DNA from: an uncultured Nevskia sp.
GTDB lineage: Bacteria; Pseudomonadota; Gammaproteobacteria; Nevskiales; Nevskiaceae
Direction of reading: 5' to 3'
Assembly: GCA_964451925.1 (NCBI GenBank)
Contig: CAYVKA010000019.1
Location: 2,136-66,135 of the forward strand
DNA: 64,000 nt
Position numbers and translations under genes: made by a program. The notes under the pieces are model-generated. The model was not told the origin of the DNA, ran no database searches, and worked only from the letters and a program-made list of their open reading frames with translations. This document shows positions 29,214 to 39,200 of this stretch, piece after piece. The stretch's first letter is position 1; each line of letters opens with the position of its first letter.

Positions 29214-31307
29214 TTACCCGCGCCCGCCTGCGATGTCGCTGGCCAGCAGCACCACCTCGGGTTCCTGCACATGGTAACCCTGGATGAAGTTCACCCCCAT
29301 CTGCCACAGGCGTGCCATGACATGGGCGTCCTCGACGTGGGAGACGATGGTCTTCAGGTTGTGCTGCTTGGCCGCTTCGACCAGGTCGGCGAGACGCTTC
29401 TGCGTATCCTTCTCGGTGAATTTCTGGGTGAAGGACGGGTGGAATTTGATGAAGTTGGCCGGAATGTGGTCCATCAGCTGGGCCGAGTTGGCGCCGATGC
29501 CAAAGTGCTCGACCGCCAGGCCCGCGCCCATTTCACGCAGCGCCTGGGTCAGCGCCTTGGCTTTGCGCACGTGATTCTGGATCACCACTTCCTGGATCTC
29601 GAAGACGATCTCGTCGCTGCGCAGCGGTTGCTCCTGCACCTGGTTCTTGAGCCAGCTGATGAAGCCTTCGTTGTCCTTGAGGGTGTCCTCGGACAGTTTG
29701 ACGAACAGCACGGACGCTTCCTTGGAGGCGGCGCGCTTGGCGATGACGCCCAGGGCCCGCGTCACCACCCAGCGGTCGATGGTGCGCATCAGGTTGAATT
29801 TCTGGGCGGCCGGCAGGAACTCGGCCGCATGCAGCTCCTTGCCTGACTCGTCCAGCATGCGCACCAGCACGTCGAAGTGGCTGCGTGATTCGCCTTCCAG
29901 GCTGGCGATGGACTGGTAGGCCAGTTTCAGCCGGTTGTCCTCGATCGCCTTCTTCACCTGGGCTGCGCGGCGTGCTTCCTCGCGCTCGACCTGGTTGGCC
30001 TTGGCGGTGGCGCCCAGGGCCACGATCTGGTTGCCGCCACGGGCCGAGATCTTGCGGGCCTCGTCGGCGATCTGGCGCATGACCTGTTCCGGGGCCTCCT
30101 GGCCGCCGAGCGGGAACACGGTGATGGTCAGGCTGATGTGCGCCTCGTGGTGCTGCGCGGCGAAAATGTGGCCGGAAACCTCCTTGCGCAGGAATTCGGC
30201 GAACTGCTCGGCCTCGTTGTAATTGGGGCGCTGCACCAGCAGGGCCAGTTCGTCGGTGGAGAAGACGAAGGACTGGTCCTGCGGACCGAGGCGGTTGTGC
30301 ACCATTTCCGCCAGCAGCGCGGTGACTTCCTGGGCGTCGGCATGGCCGATGCGCTGTTCCAGCGTGTCGAAGGCGTCAATGCGCAACAGCATCACGGTGC
30401 GCACCGCCTTGTTGTCCGCTGGCGCCTCCGCAAGCGCCCGGCTCAGCACGCTGCGGCCGTGGAACACGGCATGGGCGGAAGCCGGGCGGCCCTTGCCGCC
30501 TTCTGCGCGGATCAGCAGCTCGATCACGCTTTCGCCGTCCTGGGTGCCGAGGATCAGCTGTGCCTTGACATGCACCTGGCCCTTGCGGCCGACCAGGACC
30601 AGCTCCAGCGGCTCGCCGTTGTGCTTGCCCTTCTGCACCGCGCGCAGGCGTTCCTTGATCTTGCTCTGCTGGTCCGGTGCCACCAGGTCGATCAGCGGCT
30701 GGCCGGCGAGCTCGGCCGGGTCGTCATAGCCCAGCAGATGGGTGAAGGCGAGGTTGGCGTTGGCCAGGATGCCTTCCTGCACGTGCGCCACGGCGTCGGC
30801 GGTGCCTTCGGTCAGCTGCTGGTGGCGCGATTCGAAATCGGCCAGCCGCTGCTGCGTCAGGCGCAGGTTGCGCAGGTGGTGATGCTTGACGAATTCGCGC
30901 ACCACCACCAGTTCCAGATGGCGCAGGTGGCGCAGGTCATCGTAGGAGACGAAATCCTGGGCGCCGGCGGCCAGCGCGGCGACGGCGTCCTCGACCGAGT
31001 GGTTGTTGCTGATCACCACCACCGGCAGGTCGGGGCGCAGCTGGTTGATCAGGTCGATGACTTTTGCCGGCGGGGCCTGGCGGGCGTTTTCGTCGCTCAG
31101 AACCAGATCCGGCGGGTTGCGTTGCAGCACGTCCTGCAGGTCTTCCAGGTCGGTGATCCAGGCCACCCGCAGCGGGTGGCCGGCGTTGCGCAGGTGGCTT
31201 TCGATGCGCTTGGCCACCTCTTCGGCCGCGGTTACGACCAGCAGCACTCCAGAGGCCTCACTCAGCAGGGCGGACGGCAATTGGGTCATCGGTTTGCTCG
31301 TTACCAT
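29214..31307 (-). CDS. FimX-like REC-PAS-GGDEF-EAL protein with degenerate catalytic motifs (probable c-di-GMP receptor)
   Basis: 697 aa. REC-like N-terminus, PAS (VAHVQEGILANAN), degenerate GGDEF (FSTDEL), EAL motif reads DVL, DDFG motif reads EHFG, intact QGY. Confidence 0.8.
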   Translation of the reverse strand: MVTSKPMTQLPSALLSEASGVLLVVTAAEEVAKRIESHLRNAGHPLRVAWITDLEDLQDVLQRNPPDLVLSDENARQAPPAKVIDLINQLRPDLPVVVISNNHSVEDAVAALAAGAQDFVSYDDLRHLRHLELVVVREFVKHHHLRNLRLTQQRLADFESRHQQLTEGTADAVAHVQEGILANANLAFTHLLGYDDPAELAGQPLIDLVAPDQQSKIKERLRAVQKGKHNGEPLELVLVGRKGQVHVKAQLILGTQDGESVIELLIRAEGGKGRPASAHAVFHGRSVLSRALAEAPADNKAVRTVMLLRIDAFDTLEQRIGHADAQEVTALLAEMVHNRLGPQDQSFVFSTDELALLVQRPNYNEAEQFAEFLRKEVSGHIFAAQHHEAHISLTITVFPLGGQEAPEQVMRQIADEARKISARGGNQIVALGATAKANQVEREEARRAAQVKKAIEDNRLKLAYQSIASLEGESRSHFDVLVRMLDESGKELHAAEFLPAAQKFNLMRTIDRWVVTRALGVIAKRAASKEASVLFVKLSEDTLKDNEGFISWLKNQVQEQPLRSDEIVFEIQEVVIQNHVRKAKALTQALREMGAGLAVEHFGIGANSAQLMDHIPANFIKFHPSFTQKFTEKDTQKRLADLVEAAKQHNLKTIVSHVEDAHVMARLWQMGVNFIQGYHVQEPEVVLLASDIAGGRG

Positions 31308-32296
31308 GACAACAGCGTCTTGGCCGGCGCTCCCGGCTGTTCGCGTGCCAGGCGCGGCACCAAATAGCCCGGCAGCCGCGCTGCCAGCTCCTCCATCAAT
31401 TTCACCGCTTCGGATTGGCTCACCTCGAAATGCCCCGCTCCCTGGACGCGATCGAGTAAGTGCAGATAGTAGGGCAAAACGCCGCAGGCAAACAGCCGCT
31501 CCGACAGAGTGGCCAGAGTTTCCGACGAATCGTTGATCCGGCGCAGCAGCACGGACTGGTTCAGCAGCGTGGCGCCGGCACTGCGCAGCCGGGCGATAGC
31601 GGCCTCCACGGACGCATCGATCTCGTTCGGGTGGTTGACGTGCAGTACCACCACCTTCTGCAGCCGGGTGCGGCCCAGCCAGGCAAGCAGGGCCTCGTCG
31701 ACCCGCTCCGGCAGCACCACCGCGGTGCGGGTGTGCAGCCGCAAGCGCCGCACGTGCGGAATCCGCTCCAGCCCCTCAACCAGGGTGGACAGCTTGTCGT
31801 CGCTCAACGACAGGGGGTCGCCGCCGGACAGGATCACTTCCTCGATACTGGCGTCGGCCGCGATCTGCGCCAGCGTTTCGCGCCAGTTGCCGCGCGAGGC
31901 CAGGCTGTCGCTGTAGGGAAAATGGCGGCGGAAGCAGTAGCGGCAATTGACGGCGCAGGCGCCGGTGGTGATGACCAGGGCGCGGCCGTGATATTTGTGG
32001 ATCAGGCCGCCGGACTTGAGGCTGGCCAGGTCTCCAACCGCATCAAGCGAAAAATCAATGGACTTGGCTCTTTCTTCAACGGCAGGCCAAACTTGCAGGA
32101 ACAACGGATCGGCGGGATCTCCACGACGCATGCGGCTTATAAAGCTGTAGGGTACGCGCAGCGGAAAGTGGCGCAGGCGCTCGTAATCCAGCGCTGGCAG
32201 CTCCGAGTCTAGCTGGAGAAAGTAAAGCAATTGGGGGGTGCGCGTAACGTGTTCCGCACGCTGCCATGGCGGCGCTGAAAGGGAATATCCGTCCAT
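31301..32296 (-). CDS. epmB: EF-P beta-lysylation protein EpmB (KamA-family radical SAM)
   Basis: FPLRVP, DPLFLQV, HKYHGRAL, CAVNCRYCFRRHFPY, SGGDPL, NQSVLL, PYYLH. Confidence 0.92.
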   Translation of the reverse strand: MDGYSLSAPPWQRAEHVTRTPQLLYFLQLDSELPALDYERLRHFPLRVPYSFISRMRRGDPADPLFLQVWPAVEERAKSIDFSLDAVGDLASLKSGGLIHKYHGRALVITTGACAVNCRYCFRRHFPYSDSLASRGNWRETLAQIAADASIEEVILSGGDPLSLSDDKLSTLVEGLERIPHVRRLRLHTRTAVVLPERVDEALLAWLGRTRLQKVVVLHVNHPNEIDASVEAAIARLRSAGATLLNQSVLLRRINDSSETLATLSERLFACGVLPYYLHLLDRVQGAGHFEVSQSEAVKLMEELAARLPGYLVPRLAREQPGAPAKTLLSW

Positions 32297-32493
32297 TATT
32301 TCTAAAGTTACTCTAAATACGGAATTGTAAGCTCAATGTAAACTTCTGCCGCGATCTATCTGCATAGGTATATTTTTGTTCGGAAATCCATCGGGTGCAT
32401 GCCTAAACTGTAAATTGTGCTGCTTGATAGCTGATTGCGGCCTAACGTGGCCAGAATTCCGATAGGCGGACAATTTTCAAAGGCAGGGGAATT

Positions 32494-33468
32494 ATGCGTG
32501 TTCTTGTTATAGGCGGCGGTGGTTACATCGGCGCCCATATGTCACGGTTGTTGGCCCAAACAGGACATGAAGTAGTCGTTTTGGACAATCTTTCCACCGG
32601 ACACCGGGCGGCGGTGAAATGGGGGATACTAGAACACGCTTCAATGTCGGACGCTGACCGCTTGCGGACATTGTTAGACACCTGCCGCTTTGATGCAGTG
32701 ATGCATTTTGCCGCTGCGTCACTAGTCGGTGAATCAGTTGCCGATCCCCTGAAGTACTATCGGAATAACGTGGCCGATGTCGTCACCTTGCTGGAAACGA
32801 TGCGGTGGGCGGGAGTATTCCGGTTGATTTTTTCCTCCACGGCTGCCGTGTTTGGCGTACCACAACAAGATCTGATCGACGAGCACCATCCGCTGCGGCC
32901 GATCAATCCTTACGGAGTCAGCAAACTGGCGGTGGAGCGTATGCTGGCGGATTGTAGTGCAGCCTATGGTATGCGCGCGGCTGCGCTTCGTTACTTCAAC
33001 GCTGCTGGCGCCGAGGCTGAATTTGGAATCGGTGAGTCCCATAGTCCGGAGACTCACCTCATTCCACGTCTACTCCGCAAGGCCGCCGGGGAGGATATCG
33101 ACGTCCAAATTTTCGGTAACGACTACCCCACCGCGGATGGAACCTGCGTTCGAGACTATATTCACGTGTCTGACCTTTGCCAGGCTCATTTGCTGGCTCT
33201 GGAGTTTCTTGGCTCAAATGAGGGCTTCCATGCATTCAATCTCGGCAATGGCAAAGGCTACTCTGTGAAACAGGTCGTTTCAGCCGCCGAATCGGTGATT
33301 GGACGCTCTCTGGGAATCAAGGCGACAACCCGCCGTCCTGGAGATCCCGCCAGGCTGGTTGCCAGTTCAGATAAAGCTTGCTCTCAACTGGGCTGGCGGC
33401 CGCAGCAAGCCAGCTTGGAGCAGATTGTGGAAAGCGCTTGGCGTTGGCATCAAAGACCTGCGTACTGA
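32494..33468 (+). CDS. galE: UDP-glucose 4-epimerase
   Basis: GGGGYIGAH, HFAA...VGESV, FSSTAAVFG, PYGVSK, LRYFNAAGA, GTCVRDYIHV; lower GC than the backbone. Confidence 0.93.
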   Translation: MRVLVIGGGGYIGAHMSRLLAQTGHEVVVLDNLSTGHRAAVKWGILEHASMSDADRLRTLLDTCRFDAVMHFAAASLVGESVADPLKYYRNNVADVVTLLETMRWAGVFRLIFSSTAAVFGVPQQDLIDEHHPLRPINPYGVSKLAVERMLADCSAAYGMRAAALRYFNAAGAEAEFGIGESHSPETHLIPRLLRKAAGEDIDVQIFGNDYPTADGTCVRDYIHVSDLCQAHLLALEFLGSNEGFHAFNLGNGKGYSVKQVVSAAESVIGRSLGIKATTRRPGDPARLVASSDKACSQLGWRPQQASLEQIVESAWRWHQRPAY

Positions 33469-33528
33469 AACGCTGCGACAGCGGCTATTGGCCCGGCGTG
33501 CTTGATTGAGAAAGCTGCTTCTCCCGCG

Positions 33529-34221
33529 TTATTGTGCTTTCGATTTGCGGACGCCGCGTTTAGCGTTGGCCTTTCCCTCGGATCGACAATCAGCAGTTTT
33601 CTGTTTATAGCGGCACAGATCGGCGATGACGCATCGCGAGCATTCCGGTTGCCGCGCCTTGCAAACGTAGCGGCCGTGCAGGATCAGCCAGTGGTGGGCG
33701 TGCAGCCGGTAGGGTTCGGGCGTGAGCTTTTCCAGCTTTTCCGAGATGCGGTTCGGGCTGGTGCCGGGAGCCAGGCCGGTGCGGTTGGCGATGCGGAAAA
33801 TGTGGGTATCGACGGCGATGGTGGGCTCGCCGAAAGCTACGTTCAGCACCACGTTGGCGGTCTTGCGGCCCACGCCGGGCAGGGCTTCCAGCGCGGCGCG
33901 GTCATGCGGCACCTGGCCGCCGTGGCGTTCCAGCAGCTGCTGGCACAGGGCAATGACGTTCTTCGCCTTGGTCTGGTACAGGCCGATGGTCTTGATATAG
34001 CCGCGCAGCTTTTCCTCGCCCAGGGCGAGCAGTTGCTGCGGGGTGTTCGCCACCGGGTAGAGCAGCGCCGTGGCCTTGTTGACGCTGACGTCGGTGGCCT
34101 GGGCGGACAGCACCACCGCCACCAGAAGCTCGAAGGGACTGCTGTATTTCAGTTCGCTGCGTGGCTCCGGATTGCCGGCCGCCAGGCGACGATACAACTC
34201 GGCGATATCCGCAGCTTTCAT
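33529..34221 (-). CDS. nth: Endonuclease III
   Basis: [28 protein letters not shown] (HhH), [25 protein letters not shown] 4Fe-4S motif. Confidence 0.96.
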   Translation of the reverse strand: MKAADIAELYRRLAAGNPEPRSELKYSSPFELLVAVVLSAQATDVSVNKATALLYPVANTPQQLLALGEEKLRGYIKTIGLYQTKAKNVIALCQQLLERHGGQVPHDRAALEALPGVGRKTANVVLNVAFGEPTIAVDTHIFRIANRTGLAPGTSPNRISEKLEKLTPEPYRLHAHHWLILHGRYVCKARQPECSRCVIADLCRYKQKTADCRSEGKANAKRGVRKSKAQ

Positions 34222-34844
34222 GTCCGATCCGGATTCTGCCGCCGTGCGCGCGAGCGGGCAATGGCGGCGGCAATGTCGATGGCGCCGGCCTTGTCGCGCA
34301 GGCTGGGCGCCGCGCGGCGGCGTGCGGCGGCGCGGGCCTGCTGCTCCTGCTCCAGGCGCGTCCTGCGCGCGTGGTGACGCTGCCGCCAGGCGGGCGCCAT
34401 GGCCTTGGCGGATGGCAGAGCCGGCGGACGCGGTTGCATCTCGATGCAGTCGACCGGGCAGGGCGCAATGCACAACTCGCAGCCACTGCATTGGGTGGGG
34501 ATCACGGTGTGCATCTGCTTCGCCGCGCCGACGATGGCATCCACCGGGCAGGCCAGCACGCATTTGAAACAGCCGATGCAGAGCGTCTCGTCGATCACCG
34601 CGACGGTGGCGAACGCCGCCTCGCTGCCGTATGCCGGGTTCAGGGGTTTGGGCGCAACATCCAGCAGCTGCGCCAACGCGGCGATGGTCGCGGCGCCGCC
34701 CGGAGGGCACTGATTGAGGTCCGCCGCGCCCGCAGCCAGCGCCTCGGCGTAGGGCTTGCAGCCGTCGTAACCGCAGCGGGTGCACTGGGTTTGCGGCAGC
34801 AGGGCGTCGATGCGGTCGGCGATGGCGTTTGCGGGTGCGCTCAC
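34218..34844 (-). CDS. rnfB: RnfB/RsxB-type iron-sulfur protein (stand-alone)
   Basis: [27 protein letters not shown], and two ferredoxin motifs ([24 protein letters not shown]). Confidence 0.88.
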   Translation of the reverse strand: MSAPANAIADRIDALLPQTQCTRCGYDGCKPYAEALAAGAADLNQCPPGGAATIAALAQLLDVAPKPLNPAYGSEAAFATVAVIDETLCIGCFKCVLACPVDAIVGAAKQMHTVIPTQCSGCELCIAPCPVDCIEMQPRPPALPSAKAMAPAWRQRHHARRTRLEQEQQARAAARRRAAPSLRDKAGAIDIAAAIARSRARRQNPDRT

Positions 34845-35203
34845 GACCGGTATTCGCCGATCACTTCAATCAGGCCGACGATATTGTCGTTGAGGGCGTT
34901 GAGTTCTTCCGCCGGTATCCACCATTCCGTGTGTTCCCAGCTTCCCACCTGTTGCAGCGGGAATCGATCCATAAAGCTTTTGCGCACCCGGAAGCGGGTG
35001 ACATAACCGACGCCGCTGTCCTTGATGTTCCAGCGCCGGGCGATCTGGATCGCGTACTCTTCATTGGTGACGGGATAGAAAATCGGCTGCTCCGGCAAAC
35101 GTGGCGGCCAACGCTTGAAGCCGCTGGCGCGCAGCAGAGCCAGTTCCTGCGGGCCTGTCGGTCGGAACAGAACCACGCTTTGTGCATCGCCGGCGGATTC
35201 CAC
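34841..35203 (-). CDS. Conserved small protein, possible ADP-ribosyltransferase-like fold
   Basis: GTG start with AGGAA SD; [39 protein letters not shown]. Its stop overlaps the rnfB GTG (GTGA). The coding call is firm; the fold is inferred. Confidence 0.75.
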   Translation of the reverse strand: MESAGDAQSVVLFRPTGPQELALLRASGFKRWPPRLPEQPIFYPVTNEEYAIQIARRWNIKDSGVGYVTRFRVRKSFMDRFPLQQVGSWEHTEWWIPAEELNALNDNIVGLIEVIGEYRS

Positions 35204-35213
35204 GCGGATGTTC

Positions 35214-37286
35214 CTATTTCACCTTCATCCCCGGCTCGGCGCCGGTGTCCGGCGACAGCAGGAAGGGTTTGCCATCGCCGTGGCTGGCCGCCAGCACCAT
35301 GCCTTCGGACAGGCCGAAGCGCATCTTGCGCGGCGCCAGGTTGGCGACGACGACGGTCAGGCGGCCGACCAAGGCCTCCGGCGTGTACTGTGACTTGATG
35401 CCGGCGAATACCTGGCGCTTGCCCAGTTCGCCCAGGTCCAGCGTCAGGCGCAGCAATTTGTCCGCGCCTTCGACCGGCTCGGCCTGTTCAATGCGCGCGA
35501 TGCGTAATTCGACCTTGCTGAAATCGTCGATGGAAACAGTGGCGCTGGCGTCGGCCGCCGGAGGCGCGGCTGCGGTGGCGGCTTTGGCGGCCTTGGCTTT
35601 GGCGGGCGGTTCCGCCGCCACGGTCGGGGCGAGGTCTTCCTTGGACGCTTCAACCATGGCTTTGATCTGCGCCGGGTCGATCCGGGTAATCAGCGGCTGG
35701 TAGGGTTTGATGCGGTGGCCGAGCAGGGGCTGGGCGGCATCCGCCCAGGTCAGGGGGGGCACGTCGAGGAATGCTTCGGCCTGCGCCGCCAGCGCCGGCA
35801 GCAAGGGTTTCAGATACAGCGTCAGCAGGCGGAACGCATTGAGGTAGGTGGTGCATACCCGGTGAAGCTGTTCACGGGCACTTTCATCCTTGGCCATCAG
35901 CCAGGGGGCGGCACGCTGGATCGCTTCGTTGGCCTCATCGGCCAGGGCCATGATAGTGCGTACCGCTTCGGCGAAGTCGCGCTTGTCGTAGCTTTCGGCA
36001 ATGCGCGGCGCCGCGTCGGCGATGCGGCCGTAGCCGGCAGTGTCATGCAACTGCGCGGCGAGCCTGCCGCCGAACAGCTTGTCGATGAAGCCGGCGCAGC
36101 GGCTGGCGATATTGACGTACTTGCCCACCAGGTCGCTGTTGACGCGCGCGACGAAGTCCTCCAGGTTGAGGTCGATGTCGACCACGCCGGGACCGAGCTT
36201 GGCGGCGAAGTAGTAGCGCAGGTATTCCGGATTGAGGCCGACGTCGAGATAGGTGCGCGCCTTGATGAAGGTGCCGCGCGACTTGCTCATCTTGGCGCCG
36301 TCGACGGTGAGGTACCCGTTGACCGACAGCCCGTTGGGCTGGCGCATATCGGCGCCACGCAGCATCGCCGGCCAGAACAGCCCGTGGAAGTTGACGATGT
36401 CCTTGCCGATGAAATGCCACATCTCGACGCTGGAACTGCGGCCGATGACTTCCTCCAGCCGGGACTGATCGCCGCCGAGGTAGGCCAGCAGGCTGGCGAA
36501 GTAGCCGATCGGCGCATCCAGCCACACATAGAAGAACTTGCCGGGATTGCCGGGGATGCCGAAGCCGAAATAAGGGGCATCGCGCGAGATGTCCCAGTCC
36601 TTCAGTTCGTGGTCCAGCCACTCGCGCAGCTTGGCCTTGACGCTGTCGTGCACCTGCGCGCCGTCCAGCCACTGGCTGATTTCGGCCTGCATCTTCGACA
36701 GGGTGAAAAAGAAGTGTTCGGACGGCCGCCATTCCGGCGCGGCGCCGGAAAGCACCGAGTAGGGGTTCTTCAGTTCGCGCGCGGAGTAGGTGGCGCTGCA
36801 GTTCTCGCAGTTGTCGCCATACTGGTCCGGGGTGCCGCAGTTGGGGCAAACGCCCTTGATGTAGCGGTCCGGCAGGAACATGCCTTTGACCGGGTCGTAG
36901 GCCTGCTCGATCTCGCGGGCGGCGATGTAGCCGGCGCGTTCCAACGCGGCATAGATGCGCTCGGACAGCACCCGGTTCTCTTCCGAATGGGTCGAGTGGT
37001 AGTGGTCGAAGGCGACGTGGAAGGCGGCGAAGTCCCGCTCGTGGCCGGTCTTGATCTCGGCAATGAACGCTTCCGGCGAGACGCCGGCCTTTTCGGCGGC
37101 CAGCATGATGGGGGTGCCGTGCGCATCGTCGGCGCAGACGTAGGTGACGGCATGGCCCTGCATGCGCTGGTGGCGTACCCACACGTCGGCCTGGATGTAA
37201 CCCACCAGATGGCCCAGGTGCAGCGGGCCGTTGGCATAGGGCAAGGCGTTGGTGACAAACAGCTTTCTGAGGGCCGGCTGGGTCAT
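35214..37286 (-). CDS. metG: Methionine--tRNA ligase
   Basis: [13 protein letters not shown] (HIGH), CPNC/CENC knuckle, WDISRD, KMSKS, C-terminal OB-fold tRNA-binding domain. Confidence 0.98.
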   Translation of the reverse strand: MTQPALRKLFVTNALPYANGPLHLGHLVGYIQADVWVRHQRMQGHAVTYVCADDAHGTPIMLAAEKAGVSPEAFIAEIKTGHERDFAAFHVAFDHYHSTHSEENRVLSERIYAALERAGYIAAREIEQAYDPVKGMFLPDRYIKGVCPNCGTPDQYGDNCENCSATYSARELKNPYSVLSGAAPEWRPSEHFFFTLSKMQAEISQWLDGAQVHDSVKAKLREWLDHELKDWDISRDAPYFGFGIPGNPGKFFYVWLDAPIGYFASLLAYLGGDQSRLEEVIGRSSSVEMWHFIGKDIVNFHGLFWPAMLRGADMRQPNGLSVNGYLTVDGAKMSKSRGTFIKARTYLDVGLNPEYLRYYFAAKLGPGVVDIDLNLEDFVARVNSDLVGKYVNIASRCAGFIDKLFGGRLAAQLHDTAGYGRIADAAPRIAESYDKRDFAEAVRTIMALADEANEAIQRAAPWLMAKDESAREQLHRVCTTYLNAFRLLTLYLKPLLPALAAQAEAFLDVPPLTWADAAQPLLGHRIKPYQPLITRIDPAQIKAMVEASKEDLAPTVAAEPPAKAKAAKAATAAAPPAADASATVSIDDFSKVELRIARIEQAEPVEGADKLLRLTLDLGELGKRQVFAGIKSQYTPEALVGRLTVVVANLAPRKMRFGLSEGMVLAASHGDGKPFLLSPDTGAEPGMKVK

Positions 37287-37398
37287 GGGGAGCGCCGCGT
37301 GAATGGTCGGCGGATTATCGCACAGCCTCGACAGGCCCCTTCCCGCTGGCGCAGAGCGCAGCAGGTCGGGGTGTTAGACTGCGCCCTGAAAATCTCCT

Positions 37399-38502
37399 TT
37401 GTCCGACCATCCCCCGATGTCCGAACTTGCCATGCTCGAAGCCGCGCTCGGCGGCTATGTCGACCCCTTGCTGGGCCGTGATCTGCACACTGCCGGCGTC
37501 TCCCGCAGCGCCCGGATCGAGAGTTCGCGCGCGCGCGTGAGGCTGGAGCTGGGCTTTCCGGCGGCGGGTTACGTGCAGGCCCTCACGGCGCAGCTGAAGC
37601 GCCATCTGGCGGCGGGGCTTCCGGCCTTGGCGGTGGACGTCGACATCGGCTGGAAGATCGCGCCGCACGCGGTACAGAAAGGCCTGCAGCCGCTGGCGGG
37701 GGTGAAGAACATTGTCGCCGTGGCTTCCGGCAAGGGCGGCGTGGGCAAGTCCACGGTGGCGGTGAATACCGCGCTGGCGCTGCAGGCGGAGGGCGCGCGC
37801 GTTGGCATTCTCGATGCCGATCTGTACGGCCCCAGCCAGCCGCTGATGCTGGGTAGCCGCGAGCGCCCCAGCTCGCCGGACGGCCGTCGCATGCATCCGA
37901 TCCGCGCGCACGGCCTGCAAGCCATGTCGATCGGCTTCCTGCTCGACTCGGACGCGCAGCCGACCATCTGGCGTGGTCCGATGGCGACGCAGGCCTTGTG
38001 GCAGCTGCTGACCGAAACGGTATGGGACGATCTGGACTACCTGGTGGTGGACATGCCGCCGGGCACCGGCGACATCCAGCTGTCGCTGTCGCAGAAAGTG
38101 CCCGTGGCGGGCAGCCTGGTGGTGACCACGCCGCAGGATGTGGCGCTGCTCGACGCGCGCAAGGGCTTGGAGATGTTCCGCAAGGTCGGCATTCCGGTGC
38201 TGGGCATCGTCGAGAACATGAGCACCCACGTGTGCAGCCATTGCGGCCACGAGGAGGCGATCTTCGGTGCCGGTGGCGGCGAGCGCCTGGCGCGCGAAGC
38301 GGGCTCGGAACTGCTCGGCAAGTTGCCGCTGGATATCCGCATCCGCCAGCAGGCGGACAGCGGCAATCCGACCGTGGCGGCGGATCCCGATGGCGCGCTG
38401 GCGCAGCGATACCGCGACATCGCGCGGCTGGCAGCTGCGCGCTTGGCTTATGGCGAAGCGGCCGATGCCGGATTTCCCAGCATCGGCGTGGCTGAGGATT
38501 GA
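37399..38502 (+). CDS. apbC: Iron-sulfur cluster carrier ApbC/Mrp
   Basis: VASGKGGVGKST, DADLYGPS, DMPPGTGD, VTTPQ, VENMS..CSHC; divergent from metG. Confidence 0.94.
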   Translation: MSDHPPMSELAMLEAALGGYVDPLLGRDLHTAGVSRSARIESSRARVRLELGFPAAGYVQALTAQLKRHLAAGLPALAVDVDIGWKIAPHAVQKGLQPLAGVKNIVAVASGKGGVGKSTVAVNTALALQAEGARVGILDADLYGPSQPLMLGSRERPSSPDGRRMHPIRAHGLQAMSIGFLLDSDAQPTIWRGPMATQALWQLLTETVWDDLDYLVVDMPPGTGDIQLSLSQKVPVAGSLVVTTPQDVALLDARKGLEMFRKVGIPVLGIVENMSTHVCSHCGHEEAIFGAGGGERLAREAGSELLGKLPLDIRIRQQADSGNPTVAADPDGALAQRYRDIARLAAARLAYGEAADAGFPSIGVAED

Positions 38503-38592
38503 GCGGCCCGATCCCGTCCGGTGACGGGGCATCGGTTGAGGACTTACTGCGAGAGAGACTATGGGGCGCTTGAACCCGGGGGGTCCGCGGCA

Positions 38593-39159
38593 ATGAGCAT
38601 CAAGTCAGACCGCTGGATCCGTCGCATGGCGGAGCAGGGCATGATCGAACCGTTCGAGCCGGGCCAGGCCCGCAACGATGCAAAGGGCGATCGCATCATC
38701 AGCCACGGTGTATCGAGCTACGGCTATGACGTGCGCTGCGCCGACGAGTTCAAGATCTTCACCAACATCAACTCCACCATCGTCGATCCCAAGGCCTTCG
38801 ACCCGAAAAGCTTCGTCGATTTCCGTGGTGACTGCTGCGTGATTCCGCCCAATTCATTCGCCCTGGCCCGTACCATCGAGTATTTCCGGATTCCGCGCAA
38901 CGTGCTGGTGATCTGCCTGGGCAAGAGCACCTATGCGCGTTGCGGCATCATCGTCAACGTCACGCCGCTGGAGCCGGAATGGGAGGGGCATGTGACGCTG
39001 GAGTTCTCCAACACGACGCCGCTGCCGGCGAAGATCTACGCCAACGAGGGTGTGGCGCAGATGTTGTTCCTGGAGTCGGACGAGGTGTGTGAGACCAGTT
39101 ACCGCGACCGCGGTGGCAAGTACCAGGGCCAGCGCGGCGTGACGCTGCCGAAGGCCTGA
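38593..39159 (+). CDS. dcd: dCTP deaminase
   Basis: [48 protein letters not shown]. Confidence 0.96.
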   Translation: MSIKSDRWIRRMAEQGMIEPFEPGQARNDAKGDRIISHGVSSYGYDVRCADEFKIFTNINSTIVDPKAFDPKSFVDFRGDCCVIPPNSFALARTIEYFRIPRNVLVICLGKSTYARCGIIVNVTPLEPEWEGHVTLEFSNTTPLPAKIYANEGVAQMLFLESDEVCETSYRDRGGKYQGQRGVTLPKA

Positions 39160-39200
39160 AGATTGCCGGCGGTTGCGGCATTGCCGGCCCGCTGCGATGG

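Noticed and set aside
34870-35187. Alternative 105-aa ORF (MHKAWFC...) over the ART-like gene
   Set aside because: The other frame has an SD sequence, coupling to rnfB and a family-like sequence; this one does not.
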